Below are positions 39,689 through 53,400 of a stretch of 64,000 nucleotides of DNA, one piece after another; the first letter of the stretch is position 1; each line of letters starts with the position of its first letter. The position numbers and the translations under genes were made by a program. The notes under the pieces are model-generated. The model worked only from the letters and a program-made list of their open reading frames with translations, was not told where the DNA came from and ran no database searches. The stretch comes from Trichoplax adhaerens. Its lineage: Eukaryota > Animalia > Placozoa. The stretch is from contig NW_002060949.1 in NCBI RefSeq assembly GCF_000150275.1, positions 2,787,836 to 2,851,835 on the forward strand, given 5' to 3'.

Positions 39689-42600
39689 TTAGTTATCCTT
39701 TTTTTCTGAAACATCTTCTGAACCTTTACCTTGATCTTCATCTTTATACCTAGGGAAATATCAATAGATAACTTATTATCATTATTTCTTGCCATATTGG
39801 AAAAAACTTAGCCGACATAGGTATTAGTAGATCATTTAACTTTTATATACATACGCAAATAGTTCCTTCAATTGGCCTTTTACTAGTGCCGTTAAAATAG
39901 TTGAACCAATACAGGCTGGCACCAAATATAATAATGCAGGCTACAATTTTGTATAAAATTTGTTTGTTAAAATGTACATTAAGTATAGCTTCAAGTAAAA
40001 TAAGCATCATCATAAAATTATGCGAGAAGTCGCCACAAACAGTGAAAGTTACCTGTGCTGCTTTAAATAGTAGAAGAACTGCGACTGTAACAATTAGACC
40101 AATAATGTAAGCCACGAGTCCATTATAAAAATAAGCCTTACTGCCCTTATTAGAACTAAATTATTGCAGTAAAAATTAGTACCAAAGCTTTAGAGATAGT
40201 TTATCTTAAGCTTAATATAGTATCTAACCTCAAGTCGAAACGCAATAGCAATGCAATATAAATTCCTATTTATCAAAGACGTCATTCGGACAAAGAGTTA
40301 GTATGATTTCAATTCAATTTATGATTTGATATGTTTAATTGTAATAGAATAACATAATGAAATAGAGACCTCTTTACTGAGTTTAATTTACATCAATTAA
40401 AAGACATGATACTTAAAATTATACTTTACCTGGTATGACAATATCACCTAAACCTAGCATTGCATAATTTGTAGAATTGATTCCCTTTTCAATAATATCT
40501 ACGGGAAAGATTACTATTGCGAACGATTAACACAAGAGAATATCATCAGAATATCAATGTTGTGTTAAAGATACCATAATGATACTGCTTCATATCAGTG
40601 GTTACAAAGGTGCACCTACAAGCGGTATAAGGTATTATTAGCCTTTTTAATCAGTAAGACCTACACTTTATAGGAGCTTCAAAGGAGGTCGCCACAGTAA
40701 CCATAACATCAGTACCGAAAACCTATTGATATTAAAATTTAATTCATGTATAAAATATAACATTATCCTAGAAGGTTTAATACATTTAATAAAAATGTTT
40801 CTTTAAGTATCTCTTTTATGATGAGACAGATTGTGAATGATTATTAATAGATATCGATATTATAGCTAACCCAAAAGATGTCATAGAAGAAGAGACCACC
40901 AAGTAAAATACAACCCGTTTGAACACTGTAAAAAATATTAACTAGATTATTTACTGTTGTTAATTATCCACTATCTAGAGATACTATCTGGCAAGATCAA
41001 CGTTACCTGTTCAACTGCAAGAGTTCAACCCCAGTCGACGCAAATGCTAGTCCTAAAATGTTGTTAGCGATCCAATGCTATTCGATATGAATAAAAATTT
41101 TTGAGTTCTTCTTAAAGACAGCAATAAAAATTTCTGTACATAAAGTTGTTTTGATGTACTGTATAATGGACTGCAATTTCTCGAGATGCTTCGATAACTA
41201 TTTTATTACAGTATATGAGTAGTATGATACACGGTATCGAGTGTGTACATAATGCGACTAGTAATGTATACATGTATCATTAAAATCATCATTTTGAACC
41301 CTATTCTATTAGGACTATACATAGCATGTAACATTTATTTCAGTATTTATTATATCTACCTTTTTAATAAAATACCAAACATTAAAGGCAGCGGATAAAG
41401 CCAAGGCCATCAATGTAATGTAATCGAATTCGATATCGTTTAAGGCTAAATAATTAAAATAACATTCAAGAACAAATTCTAATAAGTAACTATTTTAAGC
41501 TATTATGTTAACTTGTCAAAAATTGCTATTATTTTAAAGATACTTCAAATTTGCCTAGATGTTATTGTAGCATCTTTGGTAATTAAGTAAGCTTTAATAA
41601 TCGAGATGATCGAAAAACTAACTCTCTTTCTTTTCGTCTTTCTTTTGAATAAACAGAAATTGGTAGCAAGTTTTAGGTAATATACCTCTAAAGATTGGTC
41701 GGATGACTGGGCTAAAAAAATGCAAAAGTATTTTAATGACAGTTGAACGTGATCAAAATCGAGCTAATACTGACTGCTAATTTCTGAAATTATTTATGAC
41801 ACTATTTACTACATAAAAGCCTTCGCGGTGACTTTGAGTCACCAATACTTACTCCAAAATGGACGTTAAACAACCGGTACCAAGAAAGAAGAAGTAGCCA
41901 GCTAAGAGTAAGTTAAGATACTCTTTGGATAAGAGCTGCAAAAAAATAAAATACATATTTTATTTTTATACGCGTTCTGTATATTATGAAAGATAAAGCG
42001 ATTGAATTTTGTAAGTCACAAAGGCGTAACTTTCTAGAGAGCGATTAATCCACTGAAAGTGCAATCGTCAGTTAATAAATCAAATTTTTTTATCGTTACA
42101 GCAACATTTATTTATTATTACCTTTATGACTATGTATAGACTAAATAGCGCGCCACTGGCGACTAATGGAAACATGAGGGCGTCTTTAGAATTCATAGTC
42201 TCCACCTTTCAAAAAGATTGATTGCAAATAGAAGTACGTAACTTGTTATAACGATAAGACACGCCACATATAATATTATTAATAATTAAACGTGATAGGA
42301 GGATTTCAATTTTTAAATAAATATAACATTACAACTTTATGTTGTGAGTAAAGAATAAGTTAGCTTATTATTGCAAGATACGGTAGAATAAGTGGTGCAG
42401 TTTAAAGTCGTTACATTCAAGATAATCAGTTTTCTTGGAATCAAGGCATGATATGCGCGTATAATACAGTATATTATACGTCTACAGTAGTACTGTATGA
42501 TGCGTTTATTATTTTCAAGCAGACTTGTAGTGTAAATAAACCTAAAAAGCTTACAAGTACAGTATAGTATACCGGATGGTGACTATAATTATAAGAGTCG

Positions 42601-44307
42601 GCTTAGGTTTGATGTATTATCACTGTTCTATAGTACAGACATAAATATTCGTGAAGTAATAAAATTAGTATACACACATTGTTTGATGAATGACGCAAAA
42701 TCTTTCCATCAAAGCTAAGAAAATGTTGTCCCCGTACGTCTGTACACAAACGTAGTTATGTGCATACTTTTAGCTTATTTGTACGATAGTCATTGCTTGT
42801 TGTCAATTATGAGTGAAGATCGTGCTTAGAATCATATTGATGGACGGTATTAATTATTTCAATCGATATAGCAGCAGCTACGGGCACGTACGTCTAAATT
42901 TGAAATACGTCATTGTGTACTGGGGGAGATTACGTTTTAGACCAAAGTTATGTAGACTATCATCGATCAAGGATAATATAGTATACAAGAAAAACTATTT
43001 AAATTGTCCAACGCATCCAATTCAAAGTCTGGTAATTTGATCTAAGAGCTTTTTACTGTGCGAAAGTAACTTGAATTAATCTCGATTACGGGACACCTTT
43101 GAATTGCATCACTACGAGTATTCATAGTACAATAAGCGGAAATTCATGTCTGCATAATACGGATACAGTTGTTACAGGCATAGCCGAGGATTAACGGTGA
43201 TTTTGGCCACTGTTCCAAAATCTTTAGTGATTTATATACAGTCAGCGATAAAGCGATATGGAATAAAAATGTAGTTGGAGAGCTTGCTAATTGCAAGCGA
43301 AGACAAATGTTACGTTAGCATCGTAAATGAGAATCTTCAGTAAATTTGTGTATTGGAGAGTACGTGAATGCAAAAGTTGAAGGGTTCTAGTATTATACTG
43401 TAACATTTTACTCATTTTGACATTAACTTAGAATCAGTTTGCAAATTTTATTGATTAACAGTTGGTAGTTTGCTGAAAATTGTTCAAGGGTAAAGGTTAA
43501 ATTATGCAAAACTCTTTTCTACTTTCATTTTAATATCGTTGCGTAATAATGCTTTCCCGATTAAACATGGTTTGCTTTCGCTATGTAGACAACGTCTTAT
43601 TTATCGCTTTATGGCGTCATCGTAGGAAAAATTCAGACTGTATCAACCCTATACAAAGAATAAACTAATAGACATAAAGTGGATATCATGATGGTACAAT
43701 ATTTCTAACAATACTAGGAATGGAAGGATTAGTAAATTGAGATAGACAAGTTATGGCCGTATAGTCCATTTTATTTTCAAGATTGACGAGAACTACAAGC
43801 GATATCCAGTTCTACCCTCACGTCCATCCACCAAGTATATTACAGTACTCATTCATTGCTATAGGATGATACAGTAGTATTACATTTATAGACTATAATG
43901 TAGTGTAGTGTTCATTTCATTGAATGAAGCCCTTTCAATGCAAGACGACTTCATTACCCTAGCCAAAGCGTTAATGACTATTCGCCGCTATGACTTGGTG
44001 TAATTATTTTTCGATCAATCATTTCAACTCTTAATCAACATGTGAAATGGATCCGCTTTGAAAAGATTGGTTTATTGGTGATTGCATTTTAAAGCGTATA
44101 AATGCAATGACAGCTTACCTTGGATTTTTGCGTACGATAAAAAGACCGAAAAGAGCCATAACAAATAGGCAAGATAGACATGATAATTAAGCCACTATAA
44201 GCTACGGCTAAGCCAGTAGGGGTTCCTTTAAGTGATCTTGTAGTCTTATTACTTTGCTCGGTTGCATTTTCAATGATAGCAGAAACAGTACTGTTGATTT
44301 CCTCCAT
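39689..44307 (-). CDS. HM13: Signal peptide peptidase (minor histocompatibility antigen H13), a GxGD intramembrane aspartyl protease
   Basis: Spliced exons give TPTGLAVAYSGL, HWIANNILGL, LGGLFFYDIFW|VFGTDVMVTVATSFEAPIK (YD motif), MLGLGDIVIPG (GxGD), LLLRFD and AAQ|PALLYLVP (PAL). The C-terminal KKDN* is a KKxx ER-retrieval motif. Confidence 0.97.
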
Positions 44308-45393
44308 ATTTACGCTTCAAAGTTAATTTTTTTCGAGCAATCGAGAATAACTGCGTTGTCAAGATCGAACGAGAATCGCTCAAGTGAGGCAATAGTAACG
44401 ACAACTCGATGGACGTCAGCTATTGTACTGATAGCATTAGAACCAGACTTGATGTCCACTTCTGCGTGTAGGTACAGAAGTACAGTACTGTACAATACAG
44501 TACAGTACTGTAGAGTAGTACTGTACTGTATGATCAGTATGTACTGTACAGTACAGTACAGTACCAGAATGTACAGTATTATGTGCAGTGTACTGTACAG
44601 TAGTAAGTACTGTACGCGACGGTAGTACAGTATGTTGCTACGATACCAGGTACTGTAGCATGCCTGTACAGTGTACAGTACTGTACTGTACAGGCATGCT
44701 CAGTAGGGTGCAAATTCTACAGTATGCAGTACAGTACTATCATTTCAATCTCCGGGAGATACTGTACCCGTTGACCATTGAATGTGCTAGGCACTGTACA
44801 GAAGTACTGTACATACTGTACTGCGGTATGATCTGTGTACAGTACAGTACAACTAGTACTAATGTACAGTACAGTAGTACTGTATAGTACTGTACTGTAC
44901 AGTACAGTAGTACTGTATGTTGCTACGATACCAGATACTGTAGCATGCCTGTACAAAACTGTACAGGCATGCTCAGTAGTGTGCAAATTCTACAGTGTAC
45001 AGTAGATATTAAACCATTGACTGTGCTAGGTACAGAAGTACTGTACTGTACAGTGTACAGTGTACAGTATGATCTGTACAATACAGTAGTACAGTACAGT
45101 ATGTTGCTACGATACCAGGTACCGTAGCATGCCATTACACTGTACTGTACTGTACAGTACTCATTGACCATTGACTGCGCTACTGATTCATGTTACGGGA
45201 CTACAGACTGTACTGTTATACTGTACACTGTACAGTATACTGTAGACTAAAGTATCAACTAGCCCATGATGCCGTGCGAGCGTGCATATCCCACTACGTC
45301 ACCGTTGTGCTTGTGTTGCTGAAGTAGACTCGTTTAATACATTCGCTAATCCGTAGGATGGAAGCTATCCCAAAATAACCTCCAGAAGTAATC
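44308..45393. promoter_or_regulatory. Putative bidirectional promoter region between HM13 and ARFRP1
   Basis: Divergent start codons 1086 bp apart (44307 on minus, 45394 on plus). Confidence 0.65.
44470..45245. repeat. Palindrome-rich low-complexity repeat (TACAG/TACTG/GTAC) with higher-order hairpin units
   Basis: Dense tgtaca/agtact/cagta words. The unit 'tatgttgctacgatacca..gtagcatgcc' occurs at 44631, 44916 and 45100. Perfect stems are 44657-44672/44685-44700 and 44942-44955/44960-44973. Confidence 0.92.
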
Positions 45394-47625
45394 ATGTATA
45401 CCTTACTCTATGGATTATGGAAGTATATGTTTCAGAAAGATGAATACTACGTTCTTATTCTTGGATTAGATAATGCTGGTAAAACGGTAAGGATACGATG
45501 ATGACAAGATCCATTTCTTGGCGACACAATTTTACTATTTCTTTTTTATCCATGGTTTATATTGAATCGCTCTCAGTGCTGCTGAATCATTCGGACTGCT
45601 TCTACTAGTAGTACGACTAAAAATTGAAAGATTCAAAGTCTCTTGATTACTCTATCATCATTCAATTTTTATAATAAAAGCCTTGATGATTTAATTCCAA
45701 CCATTCAGTGCTCAACTTAACCTGATAAACATGATAGTATGCGCTAAATTGCGCTCAAACCATAGAATGAGAGTAATGTTCACTTTGCCGGTACATGACG
45801 ATAAGCTAGCTAATGGACGATGGATAAGTATTGGATTAATGAAACTTTTAGACGAGTTAACATAGACACCTTGACAACATGGTATCGTCTTAATAGACAA
45901 TCTTTACGCTTTTCTCGCATTTTCTTCGGTGTATCGTATGTAAATCCAATTCCCGTATTAGATTAAACAAATAATAGTATACATTTCATCCATTTTCTCT
46001 TCTATCAATACAAACTCATGTATCGTATCGTCGATTCCACAACATCTGTAAAGAAGCCTCTACTTCCTATACTAAATCAGTAAATCCCCCCCCCCCCAAA
46101 TGTCCATGTGTATAACTAACCTATTTCGTTTACAAATAAAGTAGAATTAGTATCTTACTCGTACAAAATAGCACATCCTATGGAACATTGGATCCTTTTT
46201 ACCGTTATATGAAGAAAACATAGGGGAAATAAACAGCATGATAATATGGATAGAGGAGTTAGTGACTTGGAGATTATAACGCAATATGGAAAATCCGCAG
46301 TACTGTACAATACTCAGCCATGATAGGACTATGCTTATAATCCTTGATGGATGGTAATCTATCCTAGAGTTTAAAGGACGCCTTATTAATTAAAAGTACT
46401 AAAATTTGTCTGATTAATTTTGAAATTCCATTACTTATAGACATTTCTAGAAAGGACGAAAAGTAAATTTTCTCGAAATTATCAATCCTTATCCGCGGAT
46501 AAGATTTCACCGACCGTTGGACTAAATAGTAAGAAGTAGAACGTAAACCTTCTACAACCTCAAGTTCTATCATTATTACGATAATGATGATAATTGCCAA
46601 ACTAGAAATTGAACTCCATAACTCATAATGTCACACAATTGAAGTACTGCAATCGATGCCACAGTTTAAATAAAAATTTTTCTTCTACAGTCGGAAGAAT
46701 AGATTTAGGATCAATTAGATTACGCTTTTGGGATCTTGGTGGCCAGAAGGACCTTTTAACTTTATGGGACAAGGTAAAACATTATACCTTTCTACGTCTG
46801 TTTTTCTCAAAAGAGAATATTGCATTTCTAATAAACCTTATGAGCACTAGAATCTTATGAGATTTGACGGTGTATCTGCTTCTTATCTTCAAATTTTTTC
46901 ATACATATGCATTATTGGATACTAGTATTACTCGGAAGCCCATGCAGTCATATTTATGATTGATTCAACGGATAAAGAACGTTTGTCTATGTCTAAAGAA
47001 GCATTCGGTGAGAAGTTAATAAATGCATCATATCGGTACACTAAGATTCGGCTAATAATATAATATATTCTCAAATGGACGTATTTTCTAACCAGCAATT
47101 GACCTTCTATTTCCATTCGTAGATGAAATGATGGTACACCCAGCATTAGATCGTGTACCTCTACTTGTTTTAGCTAATAAGCAGGATTTAGAGGTATTAT
47201 CGATATCTTAGCTTTGTAAAGTGTACCATTAAAAATGATATGGTTGTATGATAACAGTTATGATACATGGTACTTGACAAAACACATCATTTTGTTCTAT
47301 ATCTTTCTTCATTATTTTTAGTCCGCTATGGCGTTGGATGAAATAAAAACCATTTTTAATGAGAGTTTACAAAATCTTGGCAAGAGAGATTTTAAGATTC
47401 AGCCAATTTCCGCTCTAAAAAGGTAATTCTCGTTTAGAATTGGATATTAAATTTGATTGCTTAGACGTGACATGTTTTCTTTTTTAAATCCGAGTATACT
47501 TTACTATTTCTTAATGGAAATTTTTATACTTTAGTCAAGGCATTCATGAGAGTATCGACTGGCTAGTTTACTGTGCAAAGAAAAATAGTGACAGGCCACC
47601 TAGCACTCGTGAAATTACATCATAA
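45394..47625 (+). CDS. ARFRP1: ADP-ribosylation factor-related protein 1, 7 exons
   Basis: MYTLLYGLWKYMFQKDEYYVLILGLDNAGKT|TFLE..PTVGLN|IG..FWDLGGQ..LWDK|YYSEAHAVIFMIDSTD..LANKQD..SALK..RPPSTREITS*. The MY N-terminus (acetylated, no Gly2) is diagnostic of ARFRP1. Confidence 0.97.
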
Positions 47626-49966
47626 AATTGCTATGGTATCGTATCTGGCTACTAGACAATTTTATCAATTTTCTTTCTACAATTTTAACTTATGTAACTT
47701 CAACAGTAAGAAATCAATATCTAGATGTAATTCAGAATTACCAAATTTATACGACGATAAGTTATCTAGCACTCATCACAACTAGCGGAGTGATCAATTA
47801 AAGTAAAATTAATGCATAAAGAGTCTAGACCAAGATGCTCCAGCCCAAGTTGTGCTTACGGGCAGACTTATTCCTGATTGATTTGTTGAATAATAAGAAA
47901 ATATACAGCAGAATGAAAGAAATATATATATTCTAGGTGAATCTCTTAAGTACCCGTTGCTACATTAGACTTGCAGTTTTATTGCCATCAAGATAACAAT
48001 AACAATTTGCATATTATCTACTTCTCCCATGTACAATATCTAGTAGTGCTATATTTAGGTATTTTATCTACCGTAAAAACAAATTCTTCAACACCAAATA
48101 AATACTGTATCATATTGTGCTTTACTATAGTTAGATTAAATTTAAGATTTAAATTATGTTCATAAATATAGCTCATATACAAGCAGCACATTTAAAAGAT
48201 TAAAAGAAATGTATAATTCATTCTTAATACTTTTGCTATTGACCATTCTGGATTATTTAATTACTGCATACCGATGTACAGATTTGTTATCCCTAACATC
48301 ACATCCTGCGATCGATGATGCAAACTTGTATTTGCTTGATAGTATATATTACTAATCAACGTTTTTATCTATCTTGTCGACGTTTAAAGCAATATGTCGA
48401 TGTGATCATGTGGTTTTAAAGCGCTAATTAAGATGATAATCAAACCATCAAATTAATAAAAATGTCCAAATGCCTGATATAACCTGTCAAGTCAAAATAG
48501 GCTTTAAATCTCTTTAAATACTTGCTTAAATTTTAGCTAAAGAGATAGGAATATCTTTCACTTACCGTAGCTTTTTCACACTTTGATTACTAGTTCGATA
48601 ATATAATTAATTAGTACTACAACTCACCTAGCATACTGTGTGATATGCAAAAGATATATTGTATCTGACTGTTAATTGCAGTCTACAGAAAAAAATTAAA
48701 CTAGTTCAAGTCGTGAAAATTTTACAAGGTTACGGTAGAAAGCTTACATGGAATGGAAGTATAGCCTGGGTGTTTCTTATACTGTATTATTGGTTTATTT
48801 ACTTAGTGTAACTTTACGTATAGGCACATCTAAAATATTAGCATACGTGTATTGTATGTATTTACGAGATTTCACTTTTTCATGCTTTTAAATATTTCTG
48901 AATTGAAGTCATTTAGCATGTAGCAAATTGTTGCTTTACGGATACAATGTGCACGTATACTGTACGAAAGTATAATTAGTGTCAGAATATAGTTAGTATA
49001 TCATATTATGTGCTGTATCAAATTCTTTATTATACAGTAGAAACTCATTAGAAAGAGCATATTATATACTGTAAGTAGCCTATATTCATTTAGGTAATAC
49101 CCGTACACTAACTAATTAGTCTCATTAGATGCAGATCTGTGTCTTTATCCTCGCTTTTAATCGTAAGTAACAATCTCTCGATAGTAATTACATTTTTCAT
49201 TTCGAGTACTCGTATGTGTGCGTAACCAAACGATATTAATGTTTTTAGATTAATATCATACCGGCACAAGTACATCTGTTCCTGTTTACACTCGGTATCC
49301 TGGGACACTGAACTAAGTATATCATAACATTTCTTGTCATCTTTAGGATAAATAGTGCATATGTTTTTTTCTCGTAAATATCACGGGTACATTAATTACC
49401 ACTGTAAATACGGTACATTATATGCCAATAATCATGGTCTCCTGCTATTACGTTATTTCTCACACGAACGAGTACTTTATGCAAACCAATATAATTTTCA
49501 TAATATTTATGACAAATTCTATTACTTCATAATGCATTAATTAGATTTCACAATTAAACAAAACTATAGCGAATGATTTTTACTGTTACGTAATACATCA
49601 ACAAATCTACAATAATTGTTCATAAATTGGGATAACAATTTATCGATACTTCCTTAATGTTTATAGTAATTTAGCGTAAACTAACAACATTATAATACGG
49701 CGTCCGCCTGCAAGGTAACAGCTATGATACTAGTACCATTTAAATTATCTGTACTTATTGTCAGATGTAGATGAGAATAGAGCCTAGTTTAACTTGCAAT
49801 AGATGCCTTTTAGTATAAAATAGTACTTGCATTAAAGTAGGTCTTTCTATGAACACTGTGATACTCTAAATGTAGGAGATTAAAAGACCTCTAAAGACAA
49901 TAATAAAATGCACTCTAGCCTTCATTGTTAAATCAATCAACTAGGTCGATCAACTAGGATGTAATA

Positions 49967-49980
49967 GTTTCTATAGTAAC
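49967..49980 (+). promoter_or_regulatory. RFX-binding X-box upstream of RGS22
   Basis: GTTTCTATAGTAAC matches the X-box consensus RTHNYYWTRRNRAC at 14/14 positions, about 460 bp upstream of the predicted ATG. Confidence 0.6.
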
Positions 49981-50440
49981 CATCATTTGCATACTATCAA
50001 TAATAATGACGATAATATAATATCGTCTATGAAGCAGTGCCAGCTAATTGCACTCTTCTACGGATTGTTTATACAGGTTGGTCAGCATTCGATCCAATTC
50101 GGCAATAGTAACCCCTTGTATAGGAGTATAGGATGATATTGGAGTAATGTTTAGATTTGAGAATTACAGTTAATCATAAATAACGGTAGCTTTAGCATAT
50201 TCTACGATCGTTCTTAATTAAGTCATATATGAAAATGAAGAAATGGCACTAAGAAAGCATTGAAAGTTTTCCACTTCATCATTCTTAATAATCATGATAA
50301 GTAAGCTACGATGAATCTAGTATATTTAATACTTAAAAGTTAGATCTCGATGATTTCCTATTTACTACAATAGTAAATCCTTTACTAAAAGTTAATATTG
50401 TCATGCGTTTTTTGATGCACGATTATACGAAGGTGAGAAA

Positions 50441-53400
50441 ATGGATGTCAATGAAGATAATTTGGTGAGTAAAATGCTATCCAGAACTGAGAGTCGGAAT
50501 TTTTATGCCAATATGTACATTTCAGTTTACACTGCAATTATCATTACTGTTATGTGATCTATTATTGCACATTTAGTTATAAATAAGTTGAAAAGTAGAT
50601 GAAAATTAACACCAATATCAAAATCTTAAGTAATCTTACAGTTTATACCATTTTATTTACAACGAATTTCAACCTTTTTTTTGTCTAGTAGCTTAACTGC
50701 TATTCTCAGATTGTCGATAAGTCCAGCTAGTATCCATTCTTTATTACTAACTAATCCCTGTTTTTGGATTGTCTACTATGTAGTTAAGATAAATTGAAAA
50801 GTTTGATAAAATTTAGCAGCAATTCTGTATACTATAATAGTCGTAGTATTCCATTCATAGCAAATTTCACTCTTAGTAATCTAATTTTGACCTACATGTT
50901 GTCGATTATCATGACTAATATGCCATCAGCTATTTCGATATAATCGTTACTATTGGCTTGATTATCGTATAGTCTAGATTTCTGAAAACATCGATGTTAT
51001 GATCTCGAGCAATCCTATATCATACATAAATTTTGGTTATACTTTCCGTTCTTTCGGTCGTGCAGCCCAATTTTAACTCTTAAATTGCAGATAGATACGT
51101 CTGGTATATAATCAGTTATCACCTCCTAGTGTAAGATATGTCTGGAAATTTACACTCAATTAAAGAGTTTATTTTTTATCACTGTCGTACAATATTGCTA
51201 AACTATTCCACCCTTTTAAACTGAAAACTTTCAAGTAAAATTAATATAGTAAATGCAGACAACTTCATCCTCACGTTTTTAGATAGGAATAGTTTATTTA
51301 GCTGTAGAATTATAGTATTACTTTAACTATAAAGACTGAAATTTTATATTAAATACTAGATAATAAATTATTCATTCATAAATTGAACATTTTATATAGG
51401 AGACTAAGTTAATGTACGACCAACTGCTGGTAGAATTTCTGAATGAATATTTGGCTTCACCGGTAATAATAGACAAAATCAAACGATGACTTTTCTATAT
51501 TCTTAATTCCTCTTCATAAGAGAATTTTTGATAGAATTTTTACCACTTTATACGTTGCATTAGACTTTTGGAGAGCGTATAACTTACAACTACAATACGG
51601 GCAACTTTGAAAGTCTACGAGATGAATTAATTGATCAGAAACAATTCATTAGCAGTAAACGAACAATTTTTATACCACCAGGATCACCCGATCCAAACTC
51701 ATGTACTTCCATTCATGTTTACGTCAAGGTAATAGCTACTATAATATATTCTTTCAGCATTTCAAGCAATCATTTACCTCTTAAAGGTCATTTTAAAGGT
51801 ATAATTCAATGTTACGACTTCACTTTGATACTTCTAGAGTATAGAGAAAAAAATTGGCTTACAATGGTTCAAGTTACATCGATTAAAATCGTTTTTACGT
51901 AGCAAATCCTACTGTGAATATCGTTTAGCGATTGCTATTGATCAAAACTGGGCAGTAAGTAAAAACTTTTTACTAGTCTTTGCTTACTAAATAAAGATAT
52001 GCTAAGTTCACTTTACAGGTCTTTGTAGACAGAAAATACAGTACTAAAAGACATTTCACCATCTATGTCCTAATTTATTATTGTCTTATTTCCTTTCATT
52101 TCATTTAAATTTTTGAATAGGATCATCATAGTAAGAAATATTCTGCTACAAGTAAGAATAGCAAAATAGTCGATAATCTTTCTGTTCATGTTGCCATAGT
52201 TTCATTTTATTTCGACAGTATTTTTAAATAATTATAGCCATAAATTGAAGCTTCAATTTCTTCTAATTTATTACTATTATGCTGAATTCAATAGAAGATT
52301 CCAGATTTAATGTAAACAATCAAAAAGAAAGTCTAGCTAATTCTAAAACATCTGTAAGTATTGTTTATTTGATAATTTATAGGCAACATCGTTGGCAAAT
52401 ATAGTTTCGATCGATTAATATAGACCCTAGTTTAAATTATCGACTATAAGTAACAAGTAGGTGCATGTATAATATAATTGTAACTACAAGATCTTTGCAG
52501 CAACTATTCTAATTAAAAAGCAGTTTAAGGTGACAGCATTTCAAATATAGTGGCATCTGAATCTTAATAGTTTTAGTGTGATATCCTATAACCTATAATT
52601 AAAAGATTAAATTATGAAAGTAAATGTATGATATAGTCGTGGTAGCTTTAAGTTTTAAAAGAATAAAAGTTGTAAGCTTTTTCACTGATAATAATGGTGA
52701 TCCAATTGGCAGCAGAAGAATGGCACATTGTCTATGGCCGTATCGAAGAAAGTTATGGATGAATTTAAAGAGTTTATCCAAGATAGTGATGGATGCAAGT
52801 ATTTTAATTTCTGGGTAGATATTGAATATGCAACGTTACAAAACGACCTAGAAAGTGACGAAAGTTATTCAAAGTAAGTAGCCCAAGAAGATTACGGACT
52901 GTAATTTTTATTCCAAATTTTGATTTTGTAAGGTATCTCTGTCAATAGAGAAGCATTTCTATATGAAACCGTTTTATCGGCTACATTCGCTATTTACTTT
53001 TTTCTACCTATAGTATAATCCGATTAATTCGGGATAAGTATGTTAATAATGGTAGCCCAAATCAGTTTAATAAAACATTTCTTGACTCAACCGGGTTGTA
53101 TCGCCTATCAGCATTAAGTGCTAAAAAATTATTACATGTACAACAAAAGGCTTTTACAGAATTAGCAAGTTATTGGTGAGTAAAATAATCAATGAATCTA
53201 CAATTATATTAAGACAATTTGCACATAATCAGTAACAAAACAATCTATAAATTCACCTGTTAACGTTCATTATTTCCTACAGTAGCTATTAATCTTGAGG
53301 ATAAAACTCTATGTCCTAACTATTAACTAGTATAACTTCCTTCATAGTAATGCCATTAGAATATTAATTTTTCTAAAAGTAAAAGGATAGTTATATTAAA

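Noticed and set aside
40420-40433. U1 snRNA-like 5' sequence (atactttacctgg)
   Set aside because: It is simply the complement of an HM13 splice donor, and no U1 body follows.
44254-45171. Several overlapping Y/C/T/V-rich ORFs on both strands
   Set aside because: They are by-products of the stop-poor TACAG/TACTG repeat.
44470-45245. CRISPR-like array (palindromic repeats with spacers)
   Set aside because: The context is a spliced eukaryotic genome with no cas genes. The spacers are low-complexity, mutually similar and of irregular length.
17568-45245. Similar periodicity (286 bp and 285 bp) in two different repeats
   Set aside because: The sequences are unrelated and the second repeat's spacing is irregular (285, 184), so this is probably coincidence.
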